Assembly: GCA_015062805.1 (NCBI GenBank)
Contig: SUTQ01000011.1
Location: 17,406 to 49,405, forward strand
DNA from: Methanosphaera stadtmanae
GTDB taxonomy: Archaea; Methanobacteriota; Methanobacteria; Methanobacteriales; Methanobacteriaceae
Direction of reading: 5' to 3'
DNA length: 32,000 bases
Numbering within the stretch: the first letter of the stretch is position 1; the number at the start of each line of letters is the position of its first letter. Position numbers and translations under genes: made by a program. Below the pieces are notes generated by a model. The model saw only the letters and a list, made by a program, of their open reading frames with translations. It did no database searches and was not told where the DNA came from. Below are positions 19,852 to 31,747 of the stretch, piece after piece.

Positions 19852-20646
19852 ATGATAAATTTACCTAATTTTGATGCTAATATTTTTATTGAAAATGCAT
19901 GTGATTTTATAAAAGAAAAAGTTCAAAATGCGAATTGTGATGGAGTAGTTTTGGGATTGAGTGGTGGAATAGACTCAGCAGTAGTGGCCTATCTGGCAGT
20001 TAAAGCTTTAGGTGCTTCAAATGTTAAAGGATATATTCTTCCCTCAAAAACAACATCTCAACAGGATTTGGTAGATGCAAAATTAGTTCAAAAGGAATTA
20101 GATATAGGGGGAGGACTAATTTGCATAGAAGAATTTCATAAAAACTTTTTAAAACAATGTGATAATGAAAATCTTCCTAAAAATAATTTGTCACTGGCAT
20201 CAGCAAATGTTAAACCTAGATTACGTATGACTATTTTGTATTATTATGCAACTCTTTATCGTTCATTAGTAATAGGAACTGGGAATAAAACAGAAATAAA
20301 TGTCGGTTATTTTACTAAATATGGTGATGGTGGTGTTGATTTATTGCCAATTGGGGATTTATATAAGGAAGATGTAGTAAAAGTAGCAAAAGAATTGGGG
20401 GTTCCAAATTCTATTATAGAAAAACCTCCAACAGCAGGTTTATTACCTGAACAAACCGATGAAGAAGAATTAGGTATGACTTATCCAATATTGGATAGGC
20501 TGTTGTATTTATATCTTGATGAAAAATATGATGAAGAATATATTTCAAAGGAATTGGACTTGGATATTTCTGAAGTAAATCGAATCATTAATCTGAATAA
20601 AATATCGGAACACAAACGTAATACTGCTCCAATATTTAAAAAATAA
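19852..20646 (+). CDS. nadE: NAD+ synthetase (ammonia-dependent type)
   Basis: PP-loop GLSGGIDSAVVAYLA, then YFTKYGDGGVDLLPIGDLYK. The ATG at 19852 is preferred over the TTG at 19837. Confidence 0.85.
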   Translation: MINLPNFDANIFIENACDFIKEKVQNANCDGVVLGLSGGIDSAVVAYLAVKALGASNVKGYILPSKTTSQQDLVDAKLVQKELDIGGGLICIEEFHKNFLKQCDNENLPKNNLSLASANVKPRLRMTILYYYATLYRSLVIGTGNKTEINVGYFTKYGDGGVDLLPIGDLYKEDVVKVAKELGVPNSIIEKPPTAGLLPEQTDEEELGMTYPILDRLLYLYLDEKYDEEYISKELDLDISEVNRIINLNKISEHKRNTAPIFKK

Positions 20647-20704
20647 TGGAGATTAAGACTATTTTTCTTTATTTTTTTTTCTAAATAATTAATTTAAAAT
20701 AATG

Positions 20705-20734
20705 TTATAAACATAAATATTAATATTATAAACA
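20705..20734 (+). promoter_or_regulatory. TATA-box-like elements upstream of leuS (TTATAAACA twice)
   Basis: TTATAAACATAAA at 20705-20717 and TTATAAACA at 20726-20734, 50-80 nt upstream of the leuS ATG. The call is by sequence resemblance to archaeal TATA boxes only. Confidence 0.3.
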
Positions 20735-20783
20735 AATAATTATTTTCATTATATAATCAAATAACTAACAGGGAGTTTAATCT

Positions 20784-23645
<2,862 letters not shown>

Positions 23646-23706
23646 GACAATAATCTTATTCTTATTTTTTTTAATGTCTGAAAAACGAAAAATTTAATAT
23701 TGATAA

Positions 23707-23718
23707 CTTATAAAAATA
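23707..23718 (+). promoter_or_regulatory. Candidate TATA box for the tRNA-Arg gene
   Basis: CTTATAAAAATA is centred about 38 nt upstream of the mature tRNA 5' end, compatible with a short leader. Confidence 0.3.
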
Positions 23719-23749
23719 CTTTTAGTATTATACATATTATTTTTAATAT

Positions 23750-23821
23750 GCCTTGGTAGTGTAGCGGATATCACGAGGGACTGCGGATCCCTTTACCGGG
23801 GTTCAAATCCCCGTCAGGGCA
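23750..23821 (+). tRNA. tRNA-Arg (anticodon GCG), 72 nt, no intron, CCA not encoded
   Basis: Folded by hand. Acceptor GCCTTGG/TCAGGGC (two G-U pairs), D arm GTGT-AGCGGATA-TCAC, anticodon arm AGGGA-CTGCGGA-TCCCT (GCG at positions 34-36), T arm CGGGG-TTCAAAT-CCCCG, discriminator A. T-runs follow. Confidence 0.9.
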
Positions 23822-23939
23822 TTATAAATTATTTTTAAACTATTTTTTAATGATTTTATTATTTTTTAAAATTTTGATTTGAATATAACTTTATACTACT
23901 TTTTACATAATTATTTTATAGATATTTGAAACTACATGG

Positions 23940-25451
23940 ATGGATTTTATGGTTAAAATAGGAATTTTGGAAGTAGATGGTGTTCTAACATTATACGAAC
24001 ATTTTGGACATTTACCTACAAATGTTGTTAAATCAAACGGTACAATTGAGAATGGAAAAAAGGCACATGAAGAGTTGGATGGTTTAATCATTCCTGGTGG
24101 AACCATTATGGAATCCGAATCATTAACTCCAGAATTAGCCGAAGAAATTAAATTAATAAACGATAATGATGGATTCATTTTAGGAATGTGTGCGGGTTTC
24201 CAAATTTTAGGTAAAAAAACAGATGTTGGAAGAAATTCACCAGTACCTATTATACGTGAAGGTTTGGGATTGCTTGATGTAACATTTGCACCATTAATCA
24301 ACACCAACAAAGTTGAAGCAGATGTTGTTGATGATTCAACATTGTTTACAAAGGGTCTTAAAGACACCACTGTTACGGGTTTCCATTGTCATACGTATGG
24401 AAAAATTGAATCCAATGATAAAAACGTAATTTATTCCAACATTGTAAGGGCAAATTATATGCATAAACCTTCTCGAGTTTTATCAGGAGTAACAAATAAG
24501 AAAGGGAACATTTTAGGTACTACAGTCCATGGTTTATTAGATAATAATCCAGAAATTGTAAATAATATTTTGGATTACATTGATGCTACAAATAAATATG
24601 AAGATATTATCGAGAAAAACAAAAAACTTCACGAAAAGGTATTTAACGAAATTGCAGTAAATACCAACAATTATTACGTTCCAAAAAAAGAACATCCTGA
24701 AGTACCTCCAATGATAATGTTGATGGGTACAGGTTCAGAATCAGGTAAAACATTCTTGGCAAGTGGTATTGTAGGAGCTTTACGTGAAAGGGGAATTCAT
24801 ACTTATGTAGTTAAAGTCGGTCCGGATATTCGGGATTTATCTCCATCATTATATATGAATAAAGAAAAATTGCATGGCTATGCCTCCATAAAAATTGGTG
24901 ATATTGGTTGGACACCATTGGATCAGGTAATTGAAAAAGTAAAAGGAAAAGGTTATGATTTGGTATTGGTCGAAGGTGTAATGAGTGCTGCAACAGGTTT
25001 ACTCAATGAAAAAGTGCCATATTCAACTGCAGAAATAGCTTATGCAGGTAACATTCCTGTAATAATGGTATCCAGTGTAAGTAAAGGTGGTATTGAAACT
25101 GCTGCAATAGACATTGAAGCCCATATTAAATTATTAAATAAAATGGATATTAAAACAAAAGGAATAATATTGAACCGAACTTATGATGAAAAGATTGTTG
25201 CACATGTATCTGACTTTTTATCAACAAAATCTGGAATAGATAAGGAAAATATTTGGAGTATCACTAAAGCTAAAGTTGAAAATAAAGGAAGAGTTCCTGA
25301 AGATTATCTTCAATTGGAAAACTTTACAAAAGCAGCAAAGGATGTAGTCAATAAAGATTTGGATGTTATGAAATTTGTTGAATTGGCTGAAATTCCTAAA
25401 TTCAGGGAATATTTAACCTTTGATGAAATTGTGGAAATATATAAAAAATAG
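23940..25451 (+). CDS. CobQ/CbiA-related amidotransferase with inverted domain order (N-terminal type-3 GATase, C-terminal P-loop ATP-binding domain)
   Basis: N-terminal half: LIIPGGT, GMCAGFQILG (nucleophile Cys), GLGLLDVTF, GTTVHGLLDN (His), all CobQ-type GATase signatures. C-terminal half: MGTGSESGKTF (P-loop), VVKVGPDIRD, LVLVEGVMSA, GIILNR, as in the N-terminal domain of CbiA/CobQ. The start is ATG at 23940 or 23949. Confidence 0.75.
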   Translation: MDFMVKIGILEVDGVLTLYEHFGHLPTNVVKSNGTIENGKKAHEELDGLIIPGGTIMESESLTPELAEEIKLINDNDGFILGMCAGFQILGKKTDVGRNSPVPIIREGLGLLDVTFAPLINTNKVEADVVDDSTLFTKGLKDTTVTGFHCHTYGKIESNDKNVIYSNIVRANYMHKPSRVLSGVTNKKGNILGTTVHGLLDNNPEIVNNILDYIDATNKYEDIIEKNKKLHEKVFNEIAVNTNNYYVPKKEHPEVPPMIMLMGTGSESGKTFLASGIVGALRERGIHTYVVKVGPDIRDLSPSLYMNKEKLHGYASIKIGDIGWTPLDQVIEKVKGKGYDLVLVEGVMSAATGLLNEKVPYSTAEIAYAGNIPVIMVSSVSKGGIETAAIDIEAHIKLLNKMDIKTKGIILNRTYDEKIVAHVSDFLSTKSGIDKENIWSITKAKVENKGRVPEDYLQLENFTKAAKDVVNKDLDVMKFVELAEIPKFREYLTFDEIVEIYKK

Positions 25452-25466
25452 TTTTAAAAAGAGAAA

Positions 25467-25492
25467 CTAAAGAATTTATTAGAATTCTTTAG
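25467..25492. terminator. Hairpin between convergent genes (CTAAAGAATT ... AATTCTTTAG) followed by a T-rich tract
   Basis: A 10-bp inverted repeat (25467-25476 / 25483-25492) with a short loop lies in the 61-bp gap between the stops at 25451 and 25513. It is flanked by A/T runs on both sides. Confidence 0.4.
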
Positions 25493-25512
25493 GAATTTTT
25501 CTTTTAGGAAAA

Positions 25513-25938
25513 TTAAATTTCCTCTTTGATTGATTCTAATTTTTTTTCTAGCGTGTCTTGTTTGATTACCATACTCAATATGTTTGATAAATTAAGCATG
25601 TTATCAACAACTATTAATCCTTTGGCTTGTAGGAGAGAATATATTGTTTTAATATTTGAAGCAGGTATGTCAAAAGTTTCGCCTTTACTTGTCTGCCATT
25701 TAGTTTCAAATTTAGTATCATGACTTTGATTTCTAAATAATTTTACTTCTTTTGGATATGCTTCTATAATTGTTTCATCCGTTTGAACTATTGGTTCTGT
25801 AATTTTCTTTTGTTCAATAGTTGATATTTGCACTATTCTTTCTGGTGGTATAATTTTTAAGTATTGATTTTCTCCAATTTTTCTTAACATTGATTTAGTC
25901 ACGATTGCACTAGTAATTAGTTCATAGTCATTTGCCAT
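25513..25938 (-). CDS. Hypothetical protein (141 aa), no recognisable motif
   Basis: Long ORF in an AT-rich genome. A strong GGGAGGG SD lies 5 nt upstream of the internal ATG (complement of 25936-25938), so I prefer this to the GTG at 26019 used by the ORF track. It has an acidic/Lys-rich helical C-terminus and no Cys/His motifs. Confidence 0.55.
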   Translation of the reverse strand: MANDYELITSAIVTKSMLRKIGENQYLKIIPPERIVQISTIEQKKITEPIVQTDETIIEAYPKEVKLFRNQSHDTKFETKWQTSKGETFDIPASNIKTIYSLLQAKGLIVVDNMLNLSNILSMVIKQDTLEKKLESIKEEI

Positions 25939-26077
25939 TGTATCCCTCCCGGAATACGTTATATCATTCATCTCTCTTGTTAATGCTATTTGATAATGTT
26001 TTTCAATAGTGATTAACACTTTTAATATATTTAATTCTATTTTTTATGTTTAATATATTTTTTATAAATGATTAGAT

Positions 26078-26476
26078 TTAATAATCAATAGATACTATTA
26101 CTTGTGAATTGTCTTTCAGATTCATTTTTTCTCTCAATCTATTTTTTGCTACAAATTCAATTGTATCTATTTTGTGAACTGTTTTTGTTGGAAACAATAT
26201 GGCACCTTTTTCTGAAACTTCTTTATTCACAGTATATATTACTGCTTCTAAAAAGTACACATCACCTAAATTTTCATTGCCTTTGATAATTTTCAATTTA
26301 TCATTATATTTTTCTTTAATGTTTATTTCAACATCATTTTTTAATTTAACATTCAAAGTCCCATTATATGGGATAAAACCTAATTTTTCTTGGTATTGTT
26401 GTCGGTAAGTATCTTTTTGCATAAACATTCCCGCTTTTTGTAATCCGGAAGTAACAACACCCACGAAATTCAACAT
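26078..26476 (-). CDS. ribK: Archaeal CTP-dependent riboflavin kinase
   Basis: VVTSGLQKAGMFM...YQEKLGFIPYNGTLNVKL...GAILFPTKTVH...IEFVAKNRLREKMNLKDN follows the MJ0056-type RibK pattern (G..PY.GTLN). The start was reset to the ATG at the complement of 26474-26476 with AGGTG upstream. Confidence 0.75.
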   Translation of the reverse strand: MLNFVGVVTSGLQKAGMFMQKDTYRQQYQEKLGFIPYNGTLNVKLKNDVEINIKEKYNDKLKIIKGNENLGDVYFLEAVIYTVNKEVSEKGAILFPTKTVHKIDTIEFVAKNRLREKMNLKDNSQVIVSIDY

Positions 26477-26644
26477 TAATATACACACCTTTTAATCTAT
26501 TGTCAATGATTTTATCATATTTTTAGCCAATTATTGATAATTATATTATATTTTGATTAACATAAATAATAATAGTAATTTAAAATATAAAAATAGAATT
26601 CAATAATTTTTATCAATAATTAATAATTTAATAGGGGGAATTAA

Positions 26645-27508
26645 ATGGGCATACGTATAGCATTGCCTTCCAAAGGGCGAATTAGTGGGCCTGCAGTAGA
26701 AATTCTTGAAAAAGCAGGTATAGGATTAATTGATAACTCCAATAGAAAATTGTTTTCACATACTTTTGATCCAGATATAACTGTAATGTTTACAAGAGCA
26801 GCGGATATTCCAGAATATGTGAAGGATGGTGCTGCAGATATTGGAATTACTGGTTATGATTTAGTAAAAGAAAATGGGGCTGATGTGGAGATATTGGAAG
26901 ATTTAAACTTTGGACATACACGTCTTGTAGTAGCTGCTCCAGAAAATTCGGATTTTAAGACTGTTGATGATTTGAAAAACGTTAAAACGGTAGCTACAGA
27001 ATTTCCAGAATTGACAAAACAATACTTTGCTGAAAAGGACATTCCTGCAAGAATTTTCTCATTATCAGGAGCAACAGAAGTAGCACCATTAATTGGGGTT
27101 GCTGATGTTATAACCGATTTAACAAGTTCGGGAACAACTCTTAAAATGAACCATCTTCGCGAATTAGACACGATTCTTGAAAGTTCCGTTGTTTTAATAG
27201 CAAATAAAGATAGCATTAAAAATAACTATGAAAAGATTGAGGCCATTAAAACAGGAATTGTTGGAGTTATACAAGCAGAAGGTAAAAAGTTAATCATGGC
27301 TAATGTTAAAAAAGAAGATCTTCAGGCCGTTCAAGAAGCAATGCCTGGTATGGGAGGTCCAACGGTTTCAGAAATATATGGCAATGACAAAATAGTTGCA
27401 GTACATTCTGTTATTTCTGAAAAAGATGTTTTCCATACAATTAACAAATTACGAATCATAGGTGCTAAAGATTTATTGGTACTACCTATTGAGAGAATAT
27501 TAGAATAA
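26645..27508 (+). CDS. hisG: ATP phosphoribosyltransferase (long form with C-terminal regulatory domain)
   Basis: IRIALPSKGR, DIGITGYDL, ITDLTSSGTTLKMN (PRPP-binding signature). The 287-aa length includes a C-terminal ACT-like region. GGGGGA SD is present. Confidence 0.9.
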   Translation: MGIRIALPSKGRISGPAVEILEKAGIGLIDNSNRKLFSHTFDPDITVMFTRAADIPEYVKDGAADIGITGYDLVKENGADVEILEDLNFGHTRLVVAAPENSDFKTVDDLKNVKTVATEFPELTKQYFAEKDIPARIFSLSGATEVAPLIGVADVITDLTSSGTTLKMNHLRELDTILESSVVLIANKDSIKNNYEKIEAIKTGIVGVIQAEGKKLIMANVKKEDLQAVQEAMPGMGGPTVSEIYGNDKIVAVHSVISEKDVFHTINKLRIIGAKDLLVLPIERILE

Positions 27509-27525
27509 TTTGAATCTTGATTAAT

Positions 27526-28308
27526 ATGAAATATATTAGATATAAAACATCAAATGAAGAGGAATATGTTGGAATATTGGATTCAGATAAAATCTATCGT
27601 CTAACAATTCCATCTATTGTTGAAGCAATTTCAAAGCAGGACTCTTTTAAAGATACATTTAAAGAAAATCATTATGATTTACTTGGTGATGTGGATATAT
27701 TGGCTCCTGTTAAACCTACAAAGGTGGTATGTGTAGGATTGAACTATAAAGATCATGCTGATGAATTGGAAATGACTCTTCCGTCAGAACCGCTACTTTT
27801 CATGAAACCGTCCTCCACTGTGATATCTACAGATACTGCTATAATTTATCCTGAAGATACTGATAAGTTGGATTTTGAAGCTGAACTGGGGATAGTTATT
27901 CTTTCAGAAATTGACAGGAATAATAATGAAGATTTTGAAATGGCATATACAATTATTAATGATGTTACTGCAAGGGATCTTCAGGAAAAAGATGGTCAAT
28001 GGACTAGATCTAAAAGTTTTGATACATTTTGTCCTACAGGACCCGTGGTTGTTACGGATATAAATCCATCTAATCAGAGAATTTATTCAAAAGTAAACGG
28101 CGAAATTAAGCAAGATTCAAATACTAAAAATATGATATTTTCACCTGAAAAATTGGTTAAGTATATCTCAAATATAATGACATTATATCCTGGTGATTTA
28201 ATTGCAACAGGAACACCTCCTGGAATAGATCATTTGGAAGTAGGGGATGTAATCTCTATAGGGATAGAAGAAATAGGAATTTTGGAAAATATTGTTAAAG
28301 GGGTGTAA
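27526..28308 (+). CDS. Fumarylacetoacetate hydrolase (FAH) family protein (FAHD1/2-keto-4-pentenoate hydratase-like)
   Basis: VVCVGLNYKDHADE, DFEAELGIVI, RDLQEKDGQWTRSKSFDTF, LYPGDLIATGTPPG. The ATG at 27526 is preferred over the TTG at 27517. Confidence 0.8.
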   Translation: MKYIRYKTSNEEEYVGILDSDKIYRLTIPSIVEAISKQDSFKDTFKENHYDLLGDVDILAPVKPTKVVCVGLNYKDHADELEMTLPSEPLLFMKPSSTVISTDTAIIYPEDTDKLDFEAELGIVILSEIDRNNNEDFEMAYTIINDVTARDLQEKDGQWTRSKSFDTFCPTGPVVVTDINPSNQRIYSKVNGEIKQDSNTKNMIFSPEKLVKYISNIMTLYPGDLIATGTPPGIDHLEVGDVISIGIEEIGILENIVKGV

Positions 28309-28313
28309 AATTA

Positions 28314-29984
28314 ATGAAAATTGAAGAGTATACTTGTGATGTATTAGTAATTGGCTCAGGTGGAGCTGGATGTAAATGTGGAATAGTTGCAAGTAAAAAT
28401 GGCCAAAATGTTATCATGGTTTCCAAAGGTTTAACATTCAAATCTGGATGTACTATGTTAGCTGAAGGAGGATATAATGCAGTATTTGGTTATGTTGATG
28501 AAGCAGATTCCATGCAGTTACATATTTTGGATACATTAAAAGGTGGAGCATTTTTAAACGATTTGCATTTAGTTCATGAACTGGTTATTGAATCTCCAAA
28601 AAGATTAATGGAACTCGAATCTTATGGATGTCTTTTTGATAGACAGGAAGATGGTAGATTAAATCAGAGGGCTTTTGGAGGACAATCTTGTCGAAGGACT
28701 TGTTTCAAAGGTGATCAAACGGGTCATGAAATGATGTTGGGTCTAAAAGAGGAAGTTATTCGTGAAGGAGTAACAACTCATTCTGAAGTAATGATTACAA
28801 AATTACTATTCAATGAATCTCATTCAAAAATAGTTGGGGCGATGGGAGTATCCTTGGCTGATTCTTCAATTATAGTATATCATTCCAAAGCAACTGTCAT
28901 TGCTTCAGGTGGTTGTGGATGGTTATATCCAGTAACTTCAAATGCCGTTCAGAAAACAGGTGATGGTATAATTCTAGCTTATGATGTAGGTGCTGATATG
29001 ATGGACATGGAAATGGTCCAATTCCATCCAACAGGAATGGTATCTCCAAAATCACGTAGGGGGGTATTAATCACTGAAGCTGTTCGTGGAGAAGGAGGGC
29101 ATCTGATTAATACTGATGGAGAACGTTTCATGATAAACTATGATCCGCGCGAAGAGTTAGCTACTAGGGATATCGTTGCTAGATCAATTTATACTGAAAT
29201 ACAGGAAGGAAGAGGAACAGAAGATGGTGGAGTTTATCTTTCAGTAACACATTTACCTGAAGAACAAGTTCAAACTAAATTACATACTATGGTTGAACAA
29301 TTTAAAGATGTTGGAATAGATATAATCAATGAACCTATGGTGGTAGCACCTACAGCTCATCATTTTATGGGTGGAATTAGGATAGATGGAAACTGTGAAT
29401 CCAATGTTAAAAATCTTTTTGCTGCAGGAGAAGCAACTTCCGGAGTACATGGAGCTAACAGATTGGGTGGAAATGCATTAGCTGATACTCAAGTATTCGG
29501 AAATATAGCCGGAGTTCAATCTTCAAAACGGGCTCAAGAAACAGAACTTGAAAAACCTGATGAATCTGAAATCAAAGCTGAAATTGATAGAATAAATGAT
29601 ATCTGGACAGAAGGAACTTATTATCCTGATGACCTAAAGGATGAGATTAAGGAAATAATGTGGAATCACGTTGCTATTGTTCGTGATGAAGAAGGTTTAA
29701 AACAAGCAGAAAAAGAATTAAATGCTCTTGAAGAAAAAACCAAGGATATGAATGTACCTGAGTTCAAGGAATATAATAATAAATTGGTTACTGCTTTAGA
29801 AGTAATTAGCATGATAAAGCTTGCAAAATTAATAGTTCAATCAGCATTATTAAGAAAAGAAAGTCGTGGGGCTCATTACAGAATAGACTATCCTGATAAA
29901 AATGATACAGACTATTTGAAAAGTTTTGTACTAAATAAAAACGGTGAAGTTTCCACAATTAAACGTGGATTATTTGATGATTAA
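28314..29984 (+). CDS. tfrA: Fumarate reductase/succinate dehydrogenase flavoprotein, thiol:fumarate reductase subunit A-like
   Basis: VLVIGSGGAGCKCG FAD fold, QFHPTGM, EAVRGEGG, HHFMGGI, GANRLGGNAL, ESRGAHYR. The methanogen context favours TfrA. AAGGGGTG SD lies inside the end of the FAH gene (5-nt gap). Confidence 0.8.
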   Translation: MKIEEYTCDVLVIGSGGAGCKCGIVASKNGQNVIMVSKGLTFKSGCTMLAEGGYNAVFGYVDEADSMQLHILDTLKGGAFLNDLHLVHELVIESPKRLMELESYGCLFDRQEDGRLNQRAFGGQSCRRTCFKGDQTGHEMMLGLKEEVIREGVTTHSEVMITKLLFNESHSKIVGAMGVSLADSSIIVYHSKATVIASGGCGWLYPVTSNAVQKTGDGIILAYDVGADMMDMEMVQFHPTGMVSPKSRRGVLITEAVRGEGGHLINTDGERFMINYDPREELATRDIVARSIYTEIQEGRGTEDGGVYLSVTHLPEEQVQTKLHTMVEQFKDVGIDIINEPMVVAPTAHHFMGGIRIDGNCESNVKNLFAAGEATSGVHGANRLGGNALADTQVFGNIAGVQSSKRAQETELEKPDESEIKAEIDRINDIWTEGTYYPDDLKDEIKEIMWNHVAIVRDEEGLKQAEKELNALEEKTKDMNVPEFKEYNNKLVTALEVISMIKLAKLIVQSALLRKESRGAHYRIDYPDKNDTDYLKSFVLNKNGEVSTIKRGLFDD

Positions 29985-30025
29985 TTTTTTTTTTAAAAAA
30001 AAGATTATGATGTGTTAAACACATC
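29985..30025. terminator. Bidirectional terminator region: T10/A8 tract followed by a 17-nt palindrome
   Basis: TTTTTTTTTTAAAAAAAA lies immediately after the tfrA stop, and GATGTGTTAAACACATC is at 30009-30025 between convergent tfrA and gatA. It gives oligo-T in both orientations. Confidence 0.5.
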
Positions 30026-30067
30026 TATTTATTCCTATTTTTACTAAAGTTTCTATTTTTTTGGAGA

Positions 30068-31435
30068 TTATAAGTTTTCCAATGCACTCATTGTACTTAA
30101 TATTTTATGATCTTCTTCTGGTTTTGCTTGTAACTGTAATCCAACAGGAATACCATCCACATCACCAGCTTTCATACTACTTGCAGGAATACCTGTGATG
30201 TTTGCGAGTACTGTTAATATATCATATGCATACATGTCCATTGTTTCTATTGTTTCTCCAAGTTTGTGAGGTAATTTAGGCACTGTTGGACCGGCAATTA
30301 CGTCCACATCTTTTAATAACTCATTGAAATCGTTACGTAATAATGATCTTGCTTGTAACGCTTTGTTATAATATTTTCCACTAAACTCTTTTTGACTAAT
30401 GTAGGAACCGATTTGAATTCGGCGTGCTACTTCTGGTCCACATACTTCTTCTATTCTTTCTCCATATTTACGTCCATCATATTTTCTTGTGGCTGAGAAA
30501 AATTCAACATAGTTTATTAAGTAGTATGTAGGTAATCCTAGGTCAATATCTTTAAAGTTTAATTCTTTGATTTCTGCTCCTAAACCGGATATTTGGTCGA
30601 TTGATTTGTTGATTACTGAATCAATTTTTTCATCAGTTACATCCATAAATTCCTGTACAACACCTACTGTGGTATTTTCAAGGGAAGTGTTTGTAGTATC
30701 GTCCATAAATGGTGTTAATTCTTTATTTATTGTTGTTGTATCATAAGGGTCATAACCAGCAATTACATCTAACATCAAGGCTAAACCTGTTGTGTCATTT
30801 GCAAAAGGACCAATTTGATCTAAACTCATAGCTAAATCTAATAATCCTTGTCTGGATACCATACCATATGTAGGTTTAAAACCCATTACTCCACAATGTG
30901 ATGCAGGGTTCCTGATTGAACCACCAGTATCTGAACCTAAAGCAATATCACACATATTTGCTGCAACAGCTGCTGCTGAACCTCCACTTGAACCTCCCGG
31001 AATATGTCCTAAAGCATTTGGGTTGTTTGTTGGACCGTACATTGATGTTTCAGTTGAACTACCTGCTGCAAATTCGTCCATATTTGTTAATCCTATGATT
31101 ACTCCGTCTTCGTCTAATATTCTGTTGATGACAGTAGCATTGTAACTTCCCTGATATTCTTTAAGTGTAGGCGAAGCTGCAGAAATTATCAAGTCTTCTA
31201 CATTAATGTTACATTTTATTCCAATTACTAATCCTGCCAATTTTCCAGTTTTTTCACCATTTTTTATTCTGGTGTCAATATCTTTAGCAACTTTTTCTGC
31301 ACGAGGCAAGTCTAATTCAACAAATGCATTTATTTCATCATTTTTTTCTTCAATAACATTATGCATTTGTTCTAAGTTTTCCGTTGCAGTTAATTCTTGG
31401 TTTTTTATCGCTTCTACTTTTTCTATTACTTTCAT
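30068..31435 (-). CDS. gatA: Glutamyl-/aspartyl-tRNA amidotransferase subunit A
   Basis: Amidase signature GGSSGGSAAAVAA and GSDTGGSIRNPAS. Length is 455 aa. AAGGTGA SD is present. Confidence 0.9.
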   Translation of the reverse strand: MKVIEKVEAIKNQELTATENLEQMHNVIEEKNDEINAFVELDLPRAEKVAKDIDTRIKNGEKTGKLAGLVIGIKCNINVEDLIISAASPTLKEYQGSYNATVINRILDEDGVIIGLTNMDEFAAGSSTETSMYGPTNNPNALGHIPGGSSGGSAAAVAANMCDIALGSDTGGSIRNPASHCGVMGFKPTYGMVSRQGLLDLAMSLDQIGPFANDTTGLALMLDVIAGYDPYDTTTINKELTPFMDDTTNTSLENTTVGVVQEFMDVTDEKIDSVINKSIDQISGLGAEIKELNFKDIDLGLPTYYLINYVEFFSATRKYDGRKYGERIEEVCGPEVARRIQIGSYISQKEFSGKYYNKALQARSLLRNDFNELLKDVDVIAGPTVPKLPHKLGETIETMDMYAYDILTVLANITGIPASSMKAGDVDGIPVGLQLQAKPEEDHKILSTMSALENL

Positions 31436-31734
31436 GAATTCACCTTAGTAAAAATATTTCTTAATTATATGTATCTATATATGTTTAAACTTTTTATTAA
31501 ATTTTATTTTATTTTTGATTATCCAAAACTTTAAATTTATATGTATTGAAAAATATATACTATATTATTAACAAGTAGTACTATAAAATCAAATTAATTT
31601 TTAATGAAAATAATAGTCTTATACTCACAGTACTATTCTTGCATTTAAAGTTTAATCTGGAATTCACGTGCAACTTGTTATTGTATACATAATTTATAAA
31701 TTCATATAAAACATTTTTAAAACAATGTTGATAT

Positions 31735-31747
31735 TTATAAACATAAA
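31735..31747 (+). promoter_or_regulatory. TATA-box-like element upstream of the MtaA-type gene
   Basis: TTATAAACATAAA lies about 72-84 nt upstream of the ATG at 31819. The same 13-mer occurs upstream of leuS. Confidence 0.3.

Noticed and set aside
20705-20717. 13-nt identity (TTATAAACATAAA) between the leuS and MtaA-gene upstream regions as a shared regulatory operator
   Set aside because: The motif is itself TATA-box-like, and both regions are extremely AT-rich, so a chance match or a generic promoter element is the simpler reading. It is kept only as a low-confidence promoter call.
23903-24370. 155-aa minus-strand ORF overlapping the 5' end of the permuted amidotransferase gene, remarkable for its length in an AT-rich genome
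   Set aside because: It is fully antisense to a gene with clear catalytic motifs. The translation is Ser/Pro/Asn-rich low-complexity sequence with no SD. Its openness is explained by the scarcity of Tyr/His/Gln codons preceded by T/C-ending codons in that stretch of the sense gene.
23750-25451. tRNA-Arg as an integration hotspot with the downstream genes as an island
   Set aside because: There is no integrase or recombinase ORF on either side. I could not spot a duplicated copy of the tRNA 3' end. The flanking genes (leuS, an amidotransferase, ribK, hisG) are metabolic.
30005-30030. ATGATGTG resembling a C-box (RUGAUGA) of a C/D-box sRNA between tfrA and gatA
   Set aside because: There is no D-box (CUGA) or C'/D' pair at suitable spacing. 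The motif is part of a 17-nt palindrome flanked by T10/A8, which is better explained as a bidirectional terminator.
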